Shown piece by piece: positions 30,004-45,665 of a DNA stretch of 64,000 bases. Location: NCBI GenBank assembly GCA_963834375.1, contig CAWIBM010000005.1, forward strand, positions 388,903 to 452,902, read 5' to 3'. Position 1 is the first letter of the stretch. Every line of letters starts with the position of its first letter. Below the pieces are notes generated by a model. That model searched no databases. It had not been told where the DNA came from and was given only the letters and a program-made list of their open reading frames with translations. Made by a program: the position numbers and the translations under genes. The stretch comes from an uncultured Acidimicrobiia bacterium. Its GTDB lineage: Bacteria; Actinomycetota; Acidimicrobiia; Spongiisociales; UBA5794.

Positions 30004-31002
30004 TCAGGCGAGCGGCCCGCTGAACGGGCCCGGCGGGACCCCGGTCGCCGTCCGGTAGCCGGCGACTGCCGCCGCCAGGTCGCCCTCCCAGAACGGGTAG
30101 CCGATCTCGGGCTGGTCGGGAGGGTCGTCGAGCAGTTGCTCGGCGATCGCCAGCCAGGTGGAGGCATGCCCCCCGAACCGGGCGGCGAGCGACACCAGGT
30201 CGGCGTGGTACTGCGCCGCCAGCCGCTCCGCCACCGGTGTTGGGATGGTCGACGCCCCGCCGCTGTGGACCTTGCGGTTCACCACGCGGTATTCGTCCTG
30301 CTCGACGCCGACGAACGTGTAGGCGGCCTTGAGGATCTTCCTGGGATGGAAGGAGAGGTCCTCGAGGTAGCCAAGGAACAGCTGCTCGGCCGGGAACACC
30401 GACAGCCACCGGTCGAGGTTCGAGGCGTAGGCGGTATGGGCGGCGACCCGCGACTGCTGCAGTGCCTCGAGGTACCACTCGTTGCTCACATCTGCCTCCC
30501 CGACCCGGCCCGTCATGTGCACCGCCGACCAGGCGCGCTCGATCGGGTTGCGCAGCATGTAGATGATCCGCAGGTCGGGGTTCAGCTCACGGATGCGCTG
30601 GATCCGGCGCCTGCCGAGCAGCGCGTAGTCGGGGGTGAACTCGCCCGACACCCGGCCTCGGCCCGGTGCGAACAGCGACCGGTACCAGCCGTCGTCCGGC
30701 TGGGACACGAAGTAGCGGGCGCACCAGGCGAGGTCGGTCGAAGCCGGGTCCCGGGCGTGGTTCCGCAGCTGGCGCTGCACCTGGCGTCGCCAGCGCACCG
30801 CCCAGACCTCGCTGGAACGGAGCGCCTCCTCGATGTCCCGGGTCCGGTCCAGCTTCTCGTCGAAGTAGTGCAGCTCCTTCTCGGGGGGCATCCAGACGAG
30901 CGGGTGGTGCGAGAAGTTGGCGTGGAGGCCGGTGGTGCCCGCCTTCTGGGCACCGATACCGAGGAAATGGGGACCATCGCTCTCCGGCACGGACGGGCAC
31001 AT
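30004..31002 (-). CDS. Sulfotransferase family protein (intact, 332 aa)
   Basis: PAPS 5'-phosphosulfate-binding type motif FLGIGAQKAGTTGLH near the N-terminus, then ...RIIYMLRNPIERAWSAVHM... The ORF is a single uninterrupted frame. Confidence 0.8.
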   Translation of the reverse strand: MCPSVPESDGPHFLGIGAQKAGTTGLHANFSHHPLVWMPPEKELHYFDEKLDRTRDIEEALRSSEVWAVRWRRQVQRQLRNHARDPASTDLAWCARYFVSQPDDGWYRSLFAPGRGRVSGEFTPDYALLGRRRIQRIRELNPDLRIIYMLRNPIERAWSAVHMTGRVGEADVSNEWYLEALQQSRVAAHTAYASNLDRWLSVFPAEQLFLGYLEDLSFHPRKILKAAYTFVGVEQDEYRVVNRKVHSGGASTIPTPVAERLAAQYHADLVSLAARFGGHASTWLAIAEQLLDDPPDQPEIGYPFWEGDLAAAVAGYRTATGVPPGPFSGPLA

Positions 31003-31068
31003 CTCCTGGCTCGACGGGGCGGGGCATCGTACCCGGCCGGCCCACTCCGGGTTCGGGGTTGGGACCCC

Positions 31069-31851
31069 TCAGATCGGGAACGGGGGTGGTGGCGGCGGCT
31101 GGTCGTCGCCACCACCCTCCCGCGGACGGGTAGCAGGGACGTCGCCCGGAGGAGACGGGGCCTGGGGGCCGGTGGCGGGAGGAACCACCCCGCCGGGCGG
31201 TGGCGCCGGTTGCGGGTGGGATCGCTCGGCCGGATCGGAGCGGAGCCCGGTCAGGGTGATCAACACGATGAACACGGCGCCGAACGTCGACCCCATCCGC
31301 CACAGGACGAAGGCGGCGGCGGCACCGGCGATCGCCGAGATCACCTTGGCAACGGCGAAGGCCCGCTTCGGGATGACGATCTCGAGGAAGCTGGTGAGGA
31401 TCGCCCCGCCGTCGAGCGGCCGGATCGGGATCCAGTTGAGGAGGCCCCAGCCCAGGCTGGCCCAGATGAACCCGTACACCGCGATCCGGACCGTGCTCGA
31501 CATCCCGTCGAAGGCACCAGCCCGCCACGCCAGCAGCACCGCCCCACCGAGGACGATGCCGACCGCCGACCCGGCGGCGGCGATCACCAGGCGGCGCGCC
31601 GGGGAGAGGCGCTCCGATGCGCCGAAGGAGGTCACGCCGCCCAACGCGAAGAGCGTGATGGACACCGGCTCGGCACCGAAGCGGCGAGCGGTGAAGGCGT
31701 GGCCGGCCTCGTGGAGCAGCACGGCGAGGAAGGCGACCGCCACCCACAACACCAGGTCGACGGGCCGTTTGTACGGTGAGACGATGGCGATGATCAGGAA
31801 TGACAGGTGGACGCCGACGGGGACCCCCGCCAGGCTGAACCTCAGCACCAC
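31069..31851 (-). CDS. M50-family (site-2 protease-like) membrane metalloprotease
   Basis: VLRFSLAGVPVGVHLSFLIIAI...LLHEAGHAFTARRFG (HExxH)...LLNWIPIRPLDGG..., with a Pro-rich C-terminal tail. Start is chosen at GTG 31849-31851 and is uncertain. Confidence 0.8.
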   Translation of the reverse strand: MVLRFSLAGVPVGVHLSFLIIAIVSPYKRPVDLVLWVAVAFLAVLLHEAGHAFTARRFGAEPVSITLFALGGVTSFGASERLSPARRLVIAAAGSAVGIVLGGAVLLAWRAGAFDGMSSTVRIAVYGFIWASLGWGLLNWIPIRPLDGGAILTSFLEIVIPKRAFAVAKVISAIAGAAAAFVLWRMGSTFGAVFIVLITLTGLRSDPAERSHPQPAPPPGGVVPPATGPQAPSPPGDVPATRPREGGGDDQPPPPPPFPI

Positions 31852-31941
31852 CGCAGGGTAGCTGGGACCGGTCGGGAGCCATCCTCGGCGTCGCCTGCTC
31901 AGGTGCCTGCCTGCGAAGGCCCTTGGGGGTACGCTTGGCCG

Positions 31942-32521
31942 ATGGCGCCGTTGATTCGACAGGCCGACACCTCGGACGCCGCTCGCCTCGGTGAGGTTCA
32001 CGTCGCCGCCTGGCAATGGGCCTACCGTGGGCTGATGCCCGACGAGGTGCTCGACAGCCTCCGACCCGACGCCAGGGCGAGGGCGTGGGAGCAGATGCTG
32101 GGCGAGCGACGACGGGGCCTTCCAGGCATGGGTGGCAGAGGTCGACGGCGAGGTCATCGGGTTCGCCTCGTCGGGCGCCCCACTGGACGACGACCTCCCT
32201 GAGGGCAGCGTCGAGTTGATGGCGATCTACCTGCTGGAGCCGTACCTGCACACCGGGATCGGCTCCCAGCTGATCGAGGCCGCCGAGTCGGCCTGGGTCG
32301 ACCAGGGCTCGCAGCTCGGGATGCTGTGGGTCCTCGAGGACAACACCGGGACGATCGAGTTCTACGAGCGCCACGGATGGCAGCACGACGGCGGCCGCCG
32401 CGACCACCAGGTCGCCGCCGGCGTCAGCGTGCCCACGCGGCGATACACCAAGCGACTGGCCCCGGTGGTCCCCCTCGCCAATGAGCAGCTACAGCAAGGC
32501 GTGGTAGGCGAGCACCGCTAG
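31942..32521 (+). CDS. GNAT-family N-acetyltransferase, one frame switch near 32120
   Basis: MAPLIRQADTSDAARLGEVHVAAWQWAYRGLMPDEVLDSL... joins WVAEVDGEVIGFASSGAP...VELMAIYLLEPYLHTGIGSQLIEAAESAW...LWVLEDNTGTIEFYERHGW. Confidence 0.8.
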
Positions 32522-32554
32522 CCGTCGCCGCGCGTCCCCCTCCCCGGTCGTGCT

Positions 32555-32601
32555 GCTCGCCTGACGGCGAGCCTTCGTCCCCCTCCCCCGAAGGGGAGGG
32601 G
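32555..32601. terminator. Two hairpins in the convergent GNAT / rpoC gap
   Basis: GCTCGCC-TGAC-GGCGAGC (32555-32572) and CCCCTCCCC-CGAA-GGGGAGGGG (32580-32601). The latter ends 3 nt from the rpoC stop codon. Confidence 0.55.
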
Positions 32602-32604
32602 AAC

Positions 32605-36529
<3,925 letters not shown>

Positions 36530-36616
36530 TCACTCCCAACTGGGCAATCCCAACCGTTCGCGTTCTCCGGCTAGGACTCCCCTGGCCACTGTTCCAACCG
36601 TTCCGTATTCCCGCCG

Positions 36617-39974
<3,358 letters not shown>

Positions 39975-40163
39975 GAGAGGGTTCCTCCTGTGGGCGGGGG
40001 CGGGGGCCGGGTGATGGTGTCGGGCGGCGGGCGGAACGGAAGGGACGGGCAGGTGGGGAGGGTCAGCGTGAACGCCTCAGGACGAACGAAAGGCCAGGAT
40101 AGCACATGACTATCCCAGCTCCGGCGGGCGGGAGTCGCAAAGAAGCGTTCAACTGGCGGACGT

Positions 40164-40193
40164 ACCGTAACCGCGAAACCCGCGCCCTGTCAA
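40164..40193 (-). promoter_or_regulatory. Candidate rpoB-rpoC promoter: TTGACA-18 nt-TACGGT
   Basis: Minus strand reads gagacccTTGACAgggcgcgggtttcgcggtTACGGTacg, about 190 nt upstream of the rpoB TTG and downstream of the rplL hairpin. Confidence 0.5.
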
Positions 40194-40322
40194 GGGTCTC
40201 CACCGGCTGACGGCCAGCATTCTCGGGGCTGCGCCAACCAGTGCCTCGACCTGGTTCCGGATCCCCCTGAAACGAGTCCCCTCCCCGTCCGCCCTGCTGG
40301 CCTTCGGCCGGTATCGCGGCCA

Positions 40323-40347
40323 CCCCTCTCCACGAAGTGGGGAGGGG
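40323..40347 (-). terminator. Strong hairpin after rplL (11-bp stem, GAA loop)
   Basis: CCCCTCTCCAC-GAA-GTGGGGAGGGG with one G-U pair, 6 nt downstream of the rplL stop. No U-tract follows. Confidence 0.55.
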
Positions 40348-40353
40348 AAAGGT

Positions 40354-40747
40354 CTACTTGAGTTCGACGGTGGCGCCGGCTGCCTCGAGGGCGGCCTTGG
40401 CCTTCTCGGCGGTCTCCTTGTCGACGCCCTCGAGCACCGGGTTGGGAGCGCCGTCGACCAGGTCCTTGGCGTCCTTCAACCCGAGGCTGGTCAGCCCGCG
40501 GACCTCTTTGATCACCTGGATCTTCTGGTCGCCGACCCCGGCCAGGATGACGTCGAACTCGTCCTTCTCCTCTTCGACGGCGGCGGCCGCCTCACCTCCG
40601 CCGGCCGCCGGGGCGGCGACGGCGACGGGAGCGGCGGCGGTGACGTCGAAGTGCTCCTCGAACGCCTTCACGAACTCGGACAGCTCCAGCACGGTCATGC
40701 TGTCGAAGATGCTCAACAGGTCGTCGGTCGATCGGGGTGGTGGCCAT
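40354..40747 (-). CDS. rplL: 50S ribosomal protein L7/L12, one frame switch near 40727
   Basis: ATG 40745-40747 gives MATTPID, then [122 protein letters not shown]. Confidence 0.93.
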
Positions 40748-41839
40748 CAGTTCTCCTCCTCGGCCTCGGCGGCCGTGTCGTCTTCGGCCTCGGCGGCCGT
40801 CTCGTCCTCGGCCTCGGCGGCCGTCTCGTTCTCGGCCTCGGCGGCCGTCTCGTCCTTGGTCTCTACTTCTCCGTCGCCGGGTTCCCCGGCCTCGTCGGTC
40901 TCGGTGACCGCATCGGTCTCGGCTGGGGCATCGGGCTCGGTGGCTTCAACGTCGGTCTCGGTGACCTCGGCGGTCGCGGCCTCGTCGACCGGCTCGGCGG
41001 TCACGTCCGCATCGGCACCGTCGGCTCGCGGCCCTCGGGCTCGGCGCCGCTCGGTGGCCCGTCGGGCGACCACTCGGTCTCGGCGGCTTCACGCGGGCTC
41101 GGCCGCCGCTTCGGGCTCGGCGGCTGCGTCAACCGGCTCGGCGGGAACGTCCGCATCGGCAACTGGATCGGTCTCGGCGACCGCGTCAACCGGCCTCGGC
41201 GGGTACGTCCGCATCGGTCTCGGCGGCCGCGTCGACCGGCTCCGCTCCACCCTCGGCCGTGTCGTCGCCCGACGAGTCGGCGACCGGCTCCGGGGACGGC
41301 TCGGCGGCGGGTGCGGGCTCCTCGGCGGCCTTCCTGTCCAGCAGGGCCTGGAGCACGGTCGCCGCCCCGCGGGGCAGCGCGGCGAGGAGCCCGGCCATGG
41401 CGGCGGTCGGCGCCTTGAACAGGCCGGCCAGCTTGGACAGCAGCACGTCGCGGGGCTCGATGTCGGCGAGCTGGCGGATCCGCTCGGGGGTCAGCAGCGT
41501 GGTGCCGAGCAGCCCACCCTTGATGGTGAACACGTCGTTGGCGGCGGCGAAGTCCTTGAGCACCTTGGCGGCGGCGACCGCATCGCCGTCGGCGAAGGTC
41601 AGCCCCGTCGGACCCACCAACATCGCGTCCAGCTCGGCGAGATCGAGCTCGTCGGCGGCCCGCCTCGCCAGGGTCATCTTGACGACCTGGAACTCGGCGC
41701 CCTGTGCCTTGAGGCTGCGGCGCAGCGCCTGCTGAGCCTTCACCGACAGGCCGGCATACTCGGCGAGGAACACCGCCTGGGCTCCGGCGAGCCGGTCCTT
41801 GATCTCACTGACCGCCGCAACCTTGTCGGGTCTCGGCAT
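40747..41839 (-). CDS. rplJ: 50S ribosomal protein L10 with a roughly 190-aa acidic repeat-containing C-terminal extension; frame-disrupted in the tail
   Basis: MPRPDKVAAVSEIKDRLAGAQAVFLAEYAGLSVKAQQALRRSLKAQGAEFQVVKMTLARRAADEL...SKLAGLFKAPTAAMAGLLAALPRGAATVLQALLDRKAAEE. High-GC3 acidic coding then continues (…AEPVDAAAETDADVPAE… / …VTAEPVDEAATAEVTETDVEATEPDAPAETDAVTETDEAGEPGDGEVETKDETAAEAENETAAEAEDETAAEAEDDTAAEAEEEN*). The stop is TGA 40747-40749, overlapping the rplL ATG. Confidence 0.85.
40760..40855 (-). repeat. Four tandem 24-nt coding repeats inside the L10 tail
   Basis: The plus strand reads TCGGCCTCGGCGGCCGTNTCGTNC four times (40760, 40784, 40808, 40832), encoding (D/E/N)(D/E)TAAEAE units. 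Confidence 0.9.
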
Positions 41840-42120
41840 GTCACGTCCTTCTCTCGGGTCGCTGATTCACGGTCGGCACACCCCCGACCGTCGACCTGCG
41901 CCGGCAAGTGAAAGCTCCCGGGCGAGGGACCGCACGGGAGCCGGTGGTCGACCACCTTCGTCGCTGACGAGGGCGGTCTCTGGCAACCTGCGCCGGCGTC
42001 GCCTTCGGCGACTTCACGCCCTCGCGGGCACCTGCGGTCTCGGGTCGGATGGGTTGTGAGGCCAGGAGGGTAGCCCTGTCGTCGCCAACGAGCCAAAGCG
42101 AGGCGAGCCGGCGGAAGGGC

Positions 42121-42170
42121 GGTCGAGGAGGCCTCGACCCCGACGCGAGTGAGCCCCCCGGAGGGGGCTC
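42121..42170 (-). other. Two adjacent strong hairpins inside the 620-nt rplA-rplJ spacer (terminator/attenuator or L10-leader structure)
   Basis: GGTCGAGG-AGG-CCTCGACC (42121-42139) and GAGCCCCC-CGGA-GGGGGCTC (42151-42170). Confidence 0.4.
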
Positions 42171-42379
42171 AGCTCGAGTACGGGGATCGGCGCCCGGGAG
42201 GGCGTCGTTCTTGGTGATTCGGGCAGACGGCGGGCCAGGAAGCCATCCACTCGCTCCACCAATGGCGACCAGGGTAGGGGCTGGTCATCGATGCCACCGG
42301 TGGTTGGAAGGACAGCCCTCTCGACGGTGGTGGATCGTCAAGACCGGTCGCTCGATCCCCGTGATCTGTCAACCCCCGT

Positions 42380-42410
42380 AGTGTAGCCGGAGCCACCAGG
42401 CGCCGGTCAA
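42380..42410 (-). promoter_or_regulatory. Candidate rplJ-rplL promoter: TTGACC-19 nt-TACACT
   Basis: Minus strand reads cgaaaaacgcgcTTGACCggcgcctggtggctccggcTACACTacg, 50-80 nt after the rplA stop. This would give a leader of about 540 nt. Confidence 0.35.
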
Positions 42411-42459
42411 GCGCGTTTTTCGTACTTTCGGCGCGCGGCTGATACGGGTCGAGACGGGC

Positions 42460-43176
42460 TCAGCGCAACGAGCGCACCAGGTCGTCGATCTCCGACGGGT
42501 CGATGCGAACTCCGGGGCCCATCGTCGACGACACCGCCACCCGGCGGACGAACCGGCCCTTGGCCGAGGCGGGTCTGCTGCGGACGAGCTCCTCGGCGAC
42601 CGCAGCCAGGTTCTCGGTGAGCTGGGGCACCTCGAAGGTGACCCGGCCGATGGGGACATGCACGTTGCCGTACCGATCGTTCCGGTATTCCACCCGGCCG
42701 GCCTTGAACTCGGAGACGGCGGTGCCGATGTCGGCCGTCACCGTGCCCGACTTGGGGTTGGGCATCAGGCCGCGGGGACCGAGGATGGGCCCGAGCTTGC
42801 CGACGTGGGGCATCATCGACGGGGTGGCCACGGCCATGTCGAAGTCGAGGGCGCGGCCGGCGCCGAGCTCCTCGGCCAGCTCCTTCCCACCGACCAGATC
42901 GGCCCCGGCCGCCTCGGCCGCCTTGGCGTCGTCGCCGTCGGCGAAGGCGATGATGCGAACCGTCTTCCCGGTGCCATGGGGCAGCGACACCGTCCCACGC
43001 ACCAGCTGGTCCGCCTTGCGGGCGTCGATCCCGAGCTGGAAGACGGCGTCGACCCCCTCGACGAACTTGGCATGGGCCAGCGCCTTGACCAGCTCGAGGG
43101 CGTCGCCGGGCGCGTGCAGCGTCAGCTTGTCGTAGCGACGGGCCGCTTCGGCCTGCGCCTTGGTGAGTCGTGCCAT
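42460..43176 (-). CDS. rplA: 50S ribosomal protein L1 (intact)
   Basis: MARLTKAQAEAARRYDKLTLHAPGDALELVKALAHAKFVEGVDAVFQLGIDARKADQLVRGTVSLPHGTGKTVRIIAFADGDDAKAAEAAGADLVGG... Confidence 0.95.
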   Translation of the reverse strand: MARLTKAQAEAARRYDKLTLHAPGDALELVKALAHAKFVEGVDAVFQLGIDARKADQLVRGTVSLPHGTGKTVRIIAFADGDDAKAAEAAGADLVGGKELAEELGAGRALDFDMAVATPSMMPHVGKLGPILGPRGLMPNPKSGTVTADIGTAVSEFKAGRVEYRNDRYGNVHVPIGRVTFEVPQLTENLAAVAEELVRSRPASAKGRFVRRVAVSSTMGPGVRIDPSEIDDLVRSLR

Positions 43177-43273
43177 TGCTTCTCCTTGGTGGTCCGGACG
43201 GGGCCGGCGGCCCCTCCCACGGTGACGCCCGGTGTTGTCGGGCGCGGTGTCGCTGTCAACCGGTCGGCGGCAG

Positions 43274-43702
43274 TCAGCCGTCGACCGTGATCCCCATCGA
43301 GCGGGCGGTGCCCTCGACCACCTTCATCGCCGCGTCGATGTCGTTGGCGTTGAGGTCGGGCATCTTGGTCTCGGCGATCTGACGCACCTGCGCCCGGGTC
43401 ACCGAGCCGACCTTCTCCTTGTGCGGCTCGGCCGAGCCCTTCTCCACGCGTGCCGCCTGGCGGAGCATCACGGCCGCCGGCGGGGTCTTGGTGACGAAGG
43501 TGAAGCTGCGGTCCTCGTAGATCGAGATCTCCACCGGGACGATCGTTCCCGTCTGGCTCGACGTGGCGTCGTTGTACGCCTTGACGAACTCCATGATGTT
43601 GACCCCGTGCTGCCCCAGCGCCGGCCCCACCGGCGGGGCGGGACTCGCCTGCCCGGCGGGGATCTGCAGCTTGAGCACGGTCACCAGCCGCTTGCGGCCC
43701 AT
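43274..43702 (-). CDS. rplK: 50S ribosomal protein L11 (intact)
   Basis: [84 protein letters not shown]... Confidence 0.95.
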   Translation of the reverse strand: MGRKRLVTVLKLQIPAGQASPAPPVGPALGQHGVNIMEFVKAYNDATSSQTGTIVPVEISIYEDRSFTFVTKTPPAAVMLRQAARVEKGSAEPHKEKVGSVTRAQVRQIAETKMPDLNANDIDAAMKVVEGTARSMGITVDG

Positions 43703-43712
43703 GCGATGTCTC

Positions 43713-44546
43713 CTAGAACTTGAGGATCTGGTCGAAGTTGAGCTCGACCGGGGTCTCCCGGCCGAAGATGTCGACGAGCACGGTCACCTTCGACTGATCG
43801 ACGTTGATGTCCTCGATGACGCCGTTGAAGTCGGCGAAGGGCCCTTCGACCACGCGCACCGTCTCCCCGACCTCCCAGGCCGGCTTGAAGCGTGGCTCCT
43901 TCTTCTCCTCCTCGTCCTTGCGCACGCCGAGGATCCGCTCGACCTCCCGACGGCTCAACGGGGTCGGCTTGGAGCCCGACCCGACGAAGCCGGTGACGCC
44001 CGGCGTGTTCCGCACGGCGTACCAGGTGTCGTCGTCCATGAACAGCCGCACCAGGATGTACCCGGGGAACTTCTTGCGCAGGACGTTGACCTTCTTGCCG
44101 CCCTTGAACTCGACGACCTCCTCGAGCGGGATGACGACATCGAAGACCTTGTCCTCGAGGTGCATCGACTTCACCCGGGTGCTGAGGTTCGCCTTGACCT
44201 TGTTCTCGTAGCCCGAGTACGAATGGACGACGTACCACGAGCCGGGCAGGTCGTACGGGCTGGCCGGGGTCAGGTCGGCCGTGGCGGCGTCATCAGCGGG
44301 GAGGTCGTCGTCGCCTTCTACGGCGTCTCCCTCGACCGGAGCTTCGACGGATCCGGCGGCGGTGGTGTCTTCGGAGCCGGCGGCGGGAATGTCCCCGGGC
44401 GCGGCGCGCTCGACGGTGGCCGGCTCGTCGGAGGCCTCGTCGAGATCGACCTCGGAGGCCTCGTCGAGATCGACGTCGGAGGCACTCTCGAGATCGACCT
44501 CGGGCGCGTCTTCGTGGATGGTGGACGTGGTGTCGTTGGTGGTCAT
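43713..44546 (-). CDS. nusG: Transcription termination/antitermination factor NusG with a roughly 95-aa acidic N-terminal extension (intact)
   Basis: Core: [86 protein letters not shown]...[57 protein letters not shown]. Confidence 0.95.
   Translation of the reverse strand: MTTNDTTSTIHEDAPEVDLESASDVDLDEASEVDLDEASDEPATVERAAPGDIPAAGSEDTTAAGSVEAPVEGDAVEGDDDLPADDAATADLTPASPYDLPGSWYVVHSYSGYENKVKANLSTRVKSMHLEDKVFDVVIPLEEVVEFKGGKKVNVLRKKFPGYILVRLFMDDDTWYAVRNTPGVTGFVGSGSKPTPLSRREVERILGVRKDEEEKKEPRFKPAWEVGETVRVVEGPFADFNGVIEDINVDQSKVTVLVDIFGRETPVELNFDQILKF
44431..44502 (-). repeat. Three tandem 24-nt coding repeats in the NusG N-terminal extension
   Basis: The plus strand reads GAGGCCTCGTCGAGATCGACCTCG three times with 1-4 mismatches, encoding (E/D)VDL(D/E)(E/S)AS units. 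Confidence 0.85.
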
Positions 44547-44549
44547 GGG

Positions 44550-44831
44550 TCAGTCGACGCGGAGCAGGGCGAGCACGGCCGTCTTGAAGAGGAAGTCCAG
44601 GCCGAAGGTGTAGGCGCCGACGACTGCGGTCACCACCAGCACCACCACGGTGTAGGTGACCGTCTGGGATCGCGTCGGCCAGGCGACGCGCTTGAGCTCC
44701 TGGCGCACCTCGCGCAGGTACTGCCGGAAGCCGGTCCGCTCCTTCGCCTTGGGCTTCTTGCCCTCGGCGCGGCGTTTGCGAGCCAGCTCCTCGTCCTTCT
44801 CGAGCATGCGACGCTGCTCTCGGTTCGCCAA
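44550..44831 (-). CDS. secE: Preprotein translocase subunit SecE
   Basis: ...KERTGFRQYLREVRQELKRVAWPTRSQTVTYTVVVLVVTAVVGAYTFGLDFLFKTAVLALLRVD*. A TTG at 44829-44831 follows GGAGGA; an alternative ATG lies at 44805-44807. The position between tRNA-Trp and nusG is canonical. Confidence 0.8.
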   Translation of the reverse strand: MANREQRRMLEKDEELARKRRAEGKKPKAKERTGFRQYLREVRQELKRVAWPTRSQTVTYTVVVLVVTAVVGAYTFGLDFLFKTAVLALLRVD

Positions 44832-44931
44832 CGATCCTCCTCGGGCCTCGGCGCCACCGCCTCGGCTGTCGTGCTGTCTGGGCTGTTGCCCTTGCTGCGC
44901 TCTCGGGGGTGCCCTCGCAGGGCTGCGCACG

Positions 44932-45005
44932 CAGGGGTGGCGGGACTCGAACCCACAACCTCCGGTTTTGGAGACCGGCGCTCTGCCAGTTAGAGCTACA
45001 CCCCT
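44932..45005 (-). tRNA. trpT: tRNA-Trp (anticodon CCA)
   Basis: Minus strand reads AGGGGTGTAGCTCTAACTGGCAGAGCGCCGGTCTCCAAAACCGGAGGTTGTGGGTTCGAGTCCCGCCACCCCTG. It folds as a cloverleaf with anticodon loop CTCCAAA. No 3' CCA is encoded. Confidence 0.9.
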
Positions 45006-45156
45006 CCGGAGCCTGAGCTCGGACGCCGGAGTATATGGGCCGGTCCCCGACAGTGTAAACCAGCCGGCCGGGCTCCCGGTCGAGGCCCAGGGGCGTTGCC
45101 GGCCCTCCCGGGACCACCCGATAGCATCCCTGGCCATGGACCCTCTTGCGACGACC

Positions 45157-45224
45157 ACGGCCCGCGATGGGGTAGGGGCCCCATCTGCGGGAGGAGGCGA
45201 GCGCAGCGAGCCGGGCAGAAGCAT
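45157..45224 (+). repeat. Dispersed copy of the REP-like element (same family as 28581-28760), oriented toward arfB
   Basis: ACGGCCCGCGATGGGGTAGGGGCCCCATCTGCGGGAGGAGG...GGGCAGAAGCATGG aligns with the minus-strand unit GGCCGCGGTGGGGTAGGGGTACCCCATCTGCGGAGGTGGGCCGAATTCGGCCGGGCCAGAAGCAACGG. Confidence 0.7.
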
Positions 45225-45242
45225 GGCCCGACGGGCGGCCGA

Positions 45243-45653
45243 TTGAGCGACTTCGTCACGGCTGGTGGGTGGCGCATAGACCCGGTGGCCCTGGAGTGGA
45301 CCGCCAGCCGCCCCGGCGGTCCCGGCGGCCAGCATGCCAACACCAGTGACACCGCGGTCACGGTCACCATCGACGTCCCAGCAGCCGGCCTCCCCATCCC
45401 GGTGCGAGACCGGGTCGTCTCGGTGTTGGGGGAGAAGGTCTCCGCCCGAGCCGCCGATACCCGCTCGCAGTGGCGCAACCGGCAGCTCGCCTGGCAGCGG
45501 CTGTCGGCGCGTATCGACGCCGCAGCCACCCCGCCACGCACCCGGCTCCCGACAACGCCCACCCGCGCAGCGCGAGAGCGGCGCCTCGACCGCAAGCGGC
45601 GGCGCAGCGAGGTGAAGCGGGCCCGCCGCCGTGGATGGGACGAGGACGGGTGA
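45243..45653 (+). CDS. arfB: Peptidyl-tRNA hydrolase ArfB-type ribosome rescue factor (RF-1 domain with GGQ motif; intact if the TTG start is right)
   Basis: (L)SDFVTAGGWRIDPVALEWTASRPGGPGGQHANTSDTAVTVTIDV...SQWRNRQLAWQRL, followed by a basic tail RRLDRKRRRSEVKRARRRGW. 136 aa. Confidence 0.8.
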   Translation: MSDFVTAGGWRIDPVALEWTASRPGGPGGQHANTSDTAVTVTIDVPAAGLPIPVRDRVVSVLGEKVSARAADTRSQWRNRQLAWQRLSARIDAAATPPRTRLPTTPTRAARERRLDRKRRRSEVKRARRRGWDEDG

Positions 45654-45665
45654 CCGCTCCGGTGC

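Noticed and set aside
30587-32407. A 606-aa minus-strand ORF spanning the sulfotransferase, M50 and GNAT region
   Set aside because: It runs through three well-supported genes in wrong frames or on the wrong strand. Its composition is Arg/Pro-rich with no domain signal.
40747-41073. An independent acidic protein gene (MVARRATERRR...EEEN)
   Set aside because: Its start is an arbitrary codon in an Arg-rich out-of-frame stretch. The acidic coding signal continues upstream into rplJ, there is no RBS, and its stop overlaps the rplL start. It is better explained as the uL10 tail.
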